24,011 nt of DNA from a virus, in UHGV virus genome UHGV-0298230; one strand, 5' to 3'. Positions within the stretch are counted from its first letter, which is position 1. Every line of letters starts with the position of its first letter. Under the pieces are notes generated by a model. The model searched no databases. It was given only the letters and a program-made list of their open reading frames with translations, and was not told where the DNA came from. The position numbers were made by a program, and so were the translations under genes. Of the stretch, positions 17,963 through 24,011 are shown one piece after another.

Positions 17963-18847
17963 TTATTCGATTTTTGCGCCGGGGCATAATTTGTTGAATT
18001 CGTCTTGTTTCGCATCAGCACCGCCACCACGTACTTCCGGCTCTGGCTTGATGGCTTTCTTTGGTTTTGGAGCAAGGCTTACCTGTTTGCTAATCTGCCC
18101 CAAGAGGAATGCTGCGCGAATTGGATCTGTCTCAGCGGCTACACGCTGGCGTAATTGCTGGCTCTTACCTAAGCCATAGGCGAGTAGTTCAGAGCCTTCG
18201 TCTGCACAGTGAATGATGATTTCCTGCTGAATTGGTGGTAGCTCACTAAGAACAATGGCCTCCATTTCCTGATAATCTTTCACAGGAAGTTTGGCTGCCC
18301 GTTGTTTATGCGCTTCTACCCTTTGCTGGAAACGCTGTTGGTATTCCTGTTGCTGACGTAGTTTTTGTTGCTGCTGCTGTTCGACACGGCCTTTTTTCTC
18401 ATGCCAATCAGTCAATGCCTGTTCAAACGCCTGTTCGTCATAATCACACGACTCAAGAGTCGGTTTTGGTGGAATAGCGTCTGGTTGTGGTTGCTGATGT
18501 TCCGCAGGCTTGGCTAATGCTTCCTCAAGCTGGCGGCGCAACTCACGGTTTTCTTTCTGTGTTTCTTTGAAGCCTTTGCGAAGATCTTTCACCCATTGCG
18601 GTGCAGGTTGCCCGTCAATGTGATCATCATCGTCAGCGTTAAGCTGAATTTCTTCATCACCAATACGCAAGGCGTAATCTTCTGGTGTCTCTTCGGTTTT
18701 TTCAGGATCAGTTGCCATCTCTTTTCCGTTGTCATCCTGGCTTTCATTCTCAGGCTGTGACTCTGTTTGGATGATGGTTTCTTCTGCATTTTCCTGTGTT
18801 TCAGACAGGTCAATAACCTGACCGTCGATGATCAGTTCGTTTTCCAT
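17963..18847 (-). CDS. Scaffolding protein (294 aa)
   Basis: Acidic N-terminus, Gln/Glu/Arg-rich coiled-coil middle, basic helix-turn-helix-like C-terminus; between portal and coat. Confidence 0.85.
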   Translation of the reverse strand: MENELIIDGQVIDLSETQENAEETIIQTESQPENESQDDNGKEMATDPEKTEETPEDYALRIGDEEIQLNADDDDHIDGQPAPQWVKDLRKGFKETQKENRELRRQLEEALAKPAEHQQPQPDAIPPKPTLESCDYDEQAFEQALTDWHEKKGRVEQQQQQKLRQQQEYQQRFQQRVEAHKQRAAKLPVKDYQEMEAIVLSELPPIQQEIIIHCADEGSELLAYGLGKSQQLRQRVAAETDPIRAAFLLGQISKQVSLAPKPKKAIKPEPEVRGGGADAKQDEFNKLCPGAKIE

Positions 18848-18860
18848 TGATTACTCCTGG

Positions 18861-20987
18861 TTAACTCGGCATTAAGTCTGCCGGTGACTGTGGTGGTGAC
18901 TGGAATTGCTGTTGTTGTGACTCGGCGACATCTTTCAGAAGGCGTATTGCCTCCATCACTGCTTTGTCATCGATGTTTCTGGCTTGAGCCAGTTTATAGA
19001 CAGTGTTTGCCTGACTCTCCATCGCATCCTGCTGGGCAGTAAATGCTTTGATTTGAGTTTGAGCAGTTTCGTTAGTTGCTTTTTGCGCTTCTGCCTGCGC
19101 TGCTACCATTTGCGCCTGAGCGAGAACCATTTCAGGATTTGGCTGGCTTTGTGCTGCCATTTGCGCCTGTTGAACAATCTGCTGCTCTTTCTCATTGCGT
19201 GGTTTTGCAATGCCAGATATCAGCAGTTGGTTTCGGTTGTACTCTTTGAAGTCATCAAGGCCTTCGCCATCGATATTGTCCAGAATAATACCCTGAATTG
19301 CCGGACGCATTGGGTCTGTTGGAAGCATAGAGCTAAGGACATTTGTCAGTACAGAAACCGTTGCATCACGTCGTGCTGTGTAGCTTGGTCCAACATCAAC
19401 CGTCACATCGTATCGACCGACAGAAAGGTCATTTAACGCAACAACAGCCCCTGTTTGCCTGTCAACAACCTGTGCGCTCAGGACAGCGATATCATCACTT
19501 CCATCTTCGTTAACGATGCGCACTTCACGCTCTGAACCGTACACTTCACGAGCCATTGACAGCCATACTTCACCAGCGCGTTTAAGACTTTTCGCCATAT
19601 TGTCCAGATAGATAAACGAAGCCATATCTGCTCTGTTCATCAAGTTGTTAACCGTTTCCTGAGCAATATTACTTGGCATCTGCTGCATGGCCTGACTGCC
19701 GCCTGTAACCTCCTGAATATCAGCACTGGTTTGCTGTAGTAATGCAGCCAATGCCTGATTCATAACCGCAGGCTGTGTATATCCTGCCGGGGTAGCTCCA
19801 GCGATAATGTTGCCAGATTTATCTCTCACTTCGCGCAACGGCAAGAACGCTGGGCGCTTCTTGTTGCGAGCCTCCCAGTGCTTCTCAAGTCCACGAATTT
19901 GCTCCATGCCAACTATAGGGATCTGACCGGGGTCTTGTGCTGCAGTATCAGCCAGCATTGATACCTGAAGGTTATACAAACGCTGTGGATCCATTGCTTT
20001 TGCAATGTGCCCTTCGACACGCTCAATGTCATCAATGAACCAGCGTTTTCCATAAACCGGGATGAGGGGGATATGCTCACCAGGAATACGTCGAGGTTTC
20101 TCAAGGAAACCATCACCATCCACTACGGATACATACACACGACGGCGCTTCACTGAGCGCCTTGCCACTTCCTGAAATCCAGCTATTGCCAGTTCATCTT
20201 CAATATCTTCAACCTGATCACTGTCGTATGTTGCAACCTCTCCAGTGATTGGATGTCGATAACTGATGACGTCAACAGACTCTTTACGAACTTCGTAATA
20301 CTTCGCTATGTAAATAACATCTTCATCAAACCAGTCATATTCCCAACTGGTCATAGACGTTACGTCCAGAGAAGCAGGAGGTTTCTTTCCGTATTCAGCC
20401 TCATATTTTTCAGGTGACAACGAATACATGCAGAACGCCCACAACGCGTCAGATTTGTCGTACTTCTTAGCGTCAGGGTCAAACCACACAGAGCGCGACG
20501 GGTCGTATATTGGTTCAATAGCAATACGCTGACGATCGTCCATGGGGTCGTATTCATTGACCAGCATCGACGTCAAACGGAAGCAACCGAAACCACCGGT
20601 AGCAGCGTCGTCAAATGCATTATCGCAAGCCTCACCTCCATCAGTTTCTTCGTAGTCAGCACGGAACAGACCATTTAATTTATTGGCTAACTCTTCGCTT
20701 GCCTCTCTGTCACCAGGACGAAACTTAACGGTGATTCTGTTATTGCGGTATTCTGCAATGATGCGGTTAAGTTCAGTTGCTACCTTATTGATTTCAAACT
20801 TAGGATACTTCTCGAACTGCTCATCAAGCTTAGTTCCAGCCGCCGTTGCTCCTTCCCATTGACCTCCGGGGACACGAGCAAACCTCGTAGCTTCAATGCA
20901 CTTTTCGCGCACTTCCTGCTGTGGAGAATAGGCGCGGTCAAACCTGAGCATGATCCGCTCATGTTTTTTCTCTAATGTCTCTGCCAT
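18861..20987 (-). CDS. Portal protein, P22-type (708 aa from ATG at 20987)
   Basis: P22-portal-like motifs (…GEHIPLIPVYG…, RRSVKRRRVY) and a long C-terminal Gln/Ala-rich barrel region; the track ORF start (21059) would overlap terminase by 70 nt, whereas the ATG at 20987 sits 2 nt after the terminase stop. Confidence 0.88.
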   Translation of the reverse strand: MAETLEKKHERIMLRFDRAYSPQQEVREKCIEATRFARVPGGQWEGATAAGTKLDEQFEKYPKFEINKVATELNRIIAEYRNNRITVKFRPGDREASEELANKLNGLFRADYEETDGGEACDNAFDDAATGGFGCFRLTSMLVNEYDPMDDRQRIAIEPIYDPSRSVWFDPDAKKYDKSDALWAFCMYSLSPEKYEAEYGKKPPASLDVTSMTSWEYDWFDEDVIYIAKYYEVRKESVDVISYRHPITGEVATYDSDQVEDIEDELAIAGFQEVARRSVKRRRVYVSVVDGDGFLEKPRRIPGEHIPLIPVYGKRWFIDDIERVEGHIAKAMDPQRLYNLQVSMLADTAAQDPGQIPIVGMEQIRGLEKHWEARNKKRPAFLPLREVRDKSGNIIAGATPAGYTQPAVMNQALAALLQQTSADIQEVTGGSQAMQQMPSNIAQETVNNLMNRADMASFIYLDNMAKSLKRAGEVWLSMAREVYGSEREVRIVNEDGSDDIAVLSAQVVDRQTGAVVALNDLSVGRYDVTVDVGPSYTARRDATVSVLTNVLSSMLPTDPMRPAIQGIILDNIDGEGLDDFKEYNRNQLLISGIAKPRNEKEQQIVQQAQMAAQSQPNPEMVLAQAQMVAAQAEAQKATNETAQTQIKAFTAQQDAMESQANTVYKLAQARNIDDKAVMEAIRLLKDVAESQQQQFQSPPQSPADLMPS

Positions 20988-20989
20988 GT

Positions 20990-22402
20990 TTACCAACCGG
21001 AGGATGAGGGAACGTATATTTCTGTTTCTTCGCGGACCAATGCCGGGCAATGCATACACATCATCAGCGCATCAGCCAGGTTAGGAGATGGAATACCGAG
21101 CTTCTGCTTCATTTCGACCTTAGTCATTAGCTCCAGCTTCCCGTTGTTATTGAATTTGCGCTGAATCTGCGTCAGTTCTGCAAACAGCTTCTCCAGCATC
21201 TTCTCGCCTATCGCTTCTTTGTCGAAACTCAGCATGTCGTCAGGATCTGCGTACTCCCCATGGACAACCGCCCGATATGTCAGATACAGCCTGTCAGCCA
21301 GTGCGTAATAGAATTGCGCTCGCTTATTGCGGAACACATCACCAATAGTGCGAACGTTGTCGCCCTGTACGACTTCATCAGCCCATGCTCCGGCCTGATA
21401 AGGCGCATCTTCATCGAATGGCGATTCGCTGCCCTTGAACATCGTGGCGGTGATTTTCTTACCGGAGAACGCTTCCGTTGTCTGTCTGCGTAGCCCTGCA
21501 CCAACACCATCACCATCCCACAAGTAGTGGTCAGCGCCGTCTTCAATCGCCAGCGAAGTAGCCCAGTCAGCACCCTCGTTGATGTCCATCAGCAGACCTT
21601 CGGCAATGCGCTTAACTACCGAACCGTGACGCGATGCGTAACCTTTAGCATCTGGCCCTGTATCTGACGGGTCATGCGCAGAGACAACCGCACCCTTCGC
21701 TTTCCATCCGAGTTTCTTGTGCGCATCGGTTGCGGCTTCAAGCCATTCTCGTTTGATGATTGCCATATCACTTGCGCTTACCGGCTCACCAAGCCAGATG
21801 TGACGATACAGTGTCGGATTTCTGCGTTTACACTCTTCCATCTCAAGACGGAGAACTTCAGGAAAGTGCGGATTGTCGGTGTAGTTCACCGTCAGCAGAC
21901 AAATATCATCGGGAGGATTTACGACGAATCGCTGATAGGTATCGTCGAGGATGTTTTTCGGGTTAAAGCTCACCCATATTTCGGAAAACGGCTTGCGGAT
22001 GGTTGGTATCAGGATATCCCATGATTCCTTCGTTACCGCTTCCGCTTCTTCCACCCAGCAGATATCAATACCTTCGAGCGATTTAATCTTCGTCGGGTTG
22101 TTTTTGATGCCGTAGAACATGAACTCAGCATTCGTTCCGAGATGACGAATCATTGAACGCTGAATTTCAAACTCAGCCGAATACCCTTCCCGCTCTATGG
22201 TGTCTTCAAGCAACCGGATTACCGAATCGCTGATACTGTTTTGCAGTTCACGAGCGCAGAGAATACGCACTGGCTGACGACGCGCCGCTTCAACAAGCAG
22301 CCTCGCAATTGCCCATGATTTACCGCTACCTCGACCGCCTTTGGCGACTTTGTAGCGATGCGCCTCAATGAACGGTTCAAAGATAGGATTAATCGAGGTC
22401 AT
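20990..22402 (-). CDS. terL: Terminase large subunit (470 aa), Walker A GGRGSGKS
   Basis: N-terminal ATPase P-loop KGGRGSGKSWA plus C-terminal nuclease region; sequence matches my recollection of Sf6 gp2. Confidence 0.95.
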   Translation of the reverse strand: MTSINPIFEPFIEAHRYKVAKGGRGSGKSWAIARLLVEAARRQPVRILCARELQNSISDSVIRLLEDTIEREGYSAEFEIQRSMIRHLGTNAEFMFYGIKNNPTKIKSLEGIDICWVEEAEAVTKESWDILIPTIRKPFSEIWVSFNPKNILDDTYQRFVVNPPDDICLLTVNYTDNPHFPEVLRLEMEECKRRNPTLYRHIWLGEPVSASDMAIIKREWLEAATDAHKKLGWKAKGAVVSAHDPSDTGPDAKGYASRHGSVVKRIAEGLLMDINEGADWATSLAIEDGADHYLWDGDGVGAGLRRQTTEAFSGKKITATMFKGSESPFDEDAPYQAGAWADEVVQGDNVRTIGDVFRNKRAQFYYALADRLYLTYRAVVHGEYADPDDMLSFDKEAIGEKMLEKLFAELTQIQRKFNNNGKLELMTKVEMKQKLGIPSPNLADALMMCMHCPALVREETEIYVPSSSGW

Positions 22403-22824
22403 TTTCCGAATAGAGTACTCATCGGTGATGTTTCAATCTGGATTGCGCCGCCGTCTTTGCCGACAAGCTCGTTAGTTACCTTGTCGCCATACTTACGGGG
22501 ATTCATTCGGGCCAGCGCCCATTTGCGGGTATCAACGCGAAGTCTCGCCTTTGCCACCTCAGCAGCATCTGGAATCGCATTGTCAGCAATTTCGAATATC
22601 TCTTCGAAAATAGAATCAGCTCGCGCCTCAGTTGCCTTCGCGTACTTGTCTCTAAATTCGTCATGCTCTGACAGCCAGCGAAATACAGTAGCCTTTGCTG
22701 GCATGCCGGGGCGCTTGCAAACCTTAACCAGACTTTCCCCGGAGGCAAGCAGCGCACAGATATCATCAGCCACCTCCGGCAGGTAATCCGAAGGGCGACC
22801 GACATTCTTTTTCTCAGTCGCCAT
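22399..22824 (-). CDS. terS: Terminase small subunit (141 aa)
   Basis: Immediately upstream of and overlapping terL (ATGA); N-terminal HTH-like region; matches my recollection of Sf6 gp1. Confidence 0.9.
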   Translation of the reverse strand: MATEKKNVGRPSDYLPEVADDICALLASGESLVKVCKRPGMPAKATVFRWLSEHDEFRDKYAKATEARADSIFEEIFEIADNAIPDAAEVAKARLRVDTRKWALARMNPRKYGDKVTNELVGKDGGAIQIETSPMSTLFGK

Positions 22825-22903
22825 ATTGATTATTTCCCTTCTGCTTGCTTATCCCATTCATCGCGGAATTTGGATGGGTTGTCGAAACCTTGAGTTGCCA
22901 TGT

Positions 22904-23146
22904 TTATGCTCCGGTAGTGAACAGGTCTAACGCTTCCTTCGATTTACGCACCGCTTCGATTGTGCGGGTCGTGATATCTGAATTAGCGCCGCCTGACTGG
23001 AAGTGAATTTTGAATAGCTCAAGCTTCAGCTCGTCAGTGCCAATGAACTGAAATGCTTCCTCTGCTGCTGCGTTCTGGTTCATGACCAGTTTGTAAATCT
23101 CTAACTGGAATTTCTGTTCTTCAGTCATGGGAATAATCTCTGCCAT
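22904..23146 (-). CDS. Hypothetical small protein (80 aa from ATG at 23146), positional equivalent of P22 orf80 upstream of the small terminase
   Basis: GGAG 6 nt upstream of the ATG at 23146; size and position. Confidence 0.5.
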   Translation of the reverse strand: MAEIIPMTEEQKFQLEIYKLVMNQNAAAEEAFQFIGTDELKLELFKIHFQSGGANSDITTRTIEAVRKSKEALDLFTTGA

Positions 23147-23440
23147 TGTTGGCTCCATTTATCCGTTAAAAGGGATATCAGTTAAGTTATCCCGTGTAGG
23201 GTATAAGCCATTGTCGAGACCACTCATTGAATGGTCTCTGCAATAACCGATGTCTTTCCATCAGTCCGCCACCACAAAGAATCTTTTTTGCCATAAGGCT
23301 GGAGGTTCATCTTTCAGTGGCTGCCAGTGTTATTTCCCCACTTACTGGCTTGGGTTGTTTCGCTGTACTGCCGTAACTGGTTGCCAAGAATAAATTCTGG
23401 TTTCATTATCAAGCCCACCCGTAGATAGGCTTTGTAATGG

Positions 23441-23728
23441 CTACTTCTTCAGAACTGATTCGATGAATTCACGTCGGGGATGACGATAGTTCAGAATATC
23501 TTCTGGCATCCTCATAAAGCGGTTGTTGCCGTCTTTGGCAGTAACAAAACAGCTGTGAACTCCGCAGACATCCGTTTTGATTGTGTCGCTATACTCAAAA
23601 AGCAACTGAGCCATCTTCTCTTGCCATTCTGGCGGCATAGCCTCCATGAATACTCGCGGCATCACGCAGAACGGCGCATGCGTAAGACCAAACCACAGTT
23701 GCAGGTCTTTACGATATTCTTCATCCAT
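23441..23728 (-). CDS. Hypothetical protein (95 aa), Cys/His-containing, between the lysis cassette and packaging genes
   Basis: ORF with a plausible SD-like AGGTAA upstream; preceded by its own upstream terminator; no family recognised. Confidence 0.5.
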   Translation of the reverse strand: MDEEYRKDLQLWFGLTHAPFCVMPRVFMEAMPPEWQEKMAQLLFEYSDTIKTDVCGVHSCFVTAKDGNNRFMRMPEDILNYRHPRREFIESVLKK

Positions 23729-23745
23729 CGTCTTTACCTTTGTTG

Positions 23746-23772
23746 CAATAAAAAGCCCCGCGAATGCGAGGC
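23746..23772 (-). terminator. Minus-strand rho-independent terminator (GCCUCGC-auuc-GCGGGGC with one G-U pair, then UUUUUAUU)
   Basis: Hairpin is strand-specific (the plus-strand version has a C-A mismatch); lies downstream of the Rz-like gene end. Confidence 0.5.
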
Positions 23773-23946
23773 TAAATCCTGGTATTTGTAATGACTGGCT
23801 CTTATCTCAACGCAGCCCCTTACCGCGCGCAAGATGCTCAATATCAAGCATCAGCAATGAGATGTTTAATCTGGATTCACTCCAGAAGTGATCACCACCC
23901 TGTCTACAGAGCCAGATGTGAAGGATGATGAGTAAAATTATCGCTA

Positions 23947-24011
23947 TCATCGAAGGCATTGCGTCCTGATGTATTCCTGAAGCGTTCTCAGTGCTGTTTG
24001 GTCGCGGATAA
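23947..24011 (-). CDS. 3' end of a gene running off the window edge, possibly Rz (i-spanin)
   Basis: Minus-strand frame open from the window edge to the stop at 23947-23949; C-terminus ...LQEYIRTQCLR resembles the lambda Rz C-terminus (...QKYINEQCR); position is consistent with a lysis cassette upstream of packaging genes. Confidence 0.35.
   Translation of the reverse strand, partial: IRDQTALRTLQEYIRTQCLR

Noticed and set aside
275-22024. Numerous 60-150-aa ORFs antisense to or nested within int, gtr and structural genes (e.g. 275..598, 10534..10968, 13400..13777, 18984..19436, 21674..22024, 22503..22805)
   Set aside because: They overlap well-supported genes on the opposite strand or in another frame, lack SD sequences, and have biased or low-complexity composition typical of shadow ORFs
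22830-22901. 23-codon minus-strand ORF between the orf80-like gene and the small terminase
   Set aside because: Too short to support; the interval more likely just carries the terS ribosome-binding site
23807-24010. Second minus-strand open frame at the window edge as an embedded Rz1 (o-spanin)
   Set aside because: No lipobox or proline-rich composition; it extends beyond the Rz-like stop; likely a shadow frame
1-24011. CRISPR arrays, rRNA, IS elements
   Set aside because: No regularly spaced direct repeats, no rRNA-like segments, and no transposase ORF or terminal inverted repeats detected

Overview
This window is the late/right part of a P22-like temperate podovirus genome, and its conserved proteins match my recollection of the Sf6/HK620 lineage. 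It appears to be in attP (unintegrated or circular-junction) configuration. All calls below are read from the sequence and the ORF track and compared with remembered protein families; no database search was run. Left to right: (i) an attP-like site (1-290) with a tRNA 3'-end-like core and repeated GGGTAAAAT 9-mers, followed by an IntS-type tyrosine integrase; (ii) a gtrA-gtrB-gtrC O-antigen glucosylation cassette (+ strand); (iii) on the minus strand, a complete morphogenesis operon read right to left: end of Rz, two small accessory genes, small and large terminase, portal, scaffold, coat, gp4/gp10/needle/gp14-like proteins, three ejection proteins and the tailspike. Between the ejection-protein genes and the tailspike (6061-9137) lies an expanded P22 immI-like accessory island, which is the most interesting part. 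It holds three Arc/Mnt-family ribbon-helix-helix repressors, two antirepressor-type genes that each have a candidate sar-like antisense RNA, a small charged protein, and a small membrane or secreted protein at the sieA-equivalent position. No rRNA, complete tRNA or CRISPR array was found.
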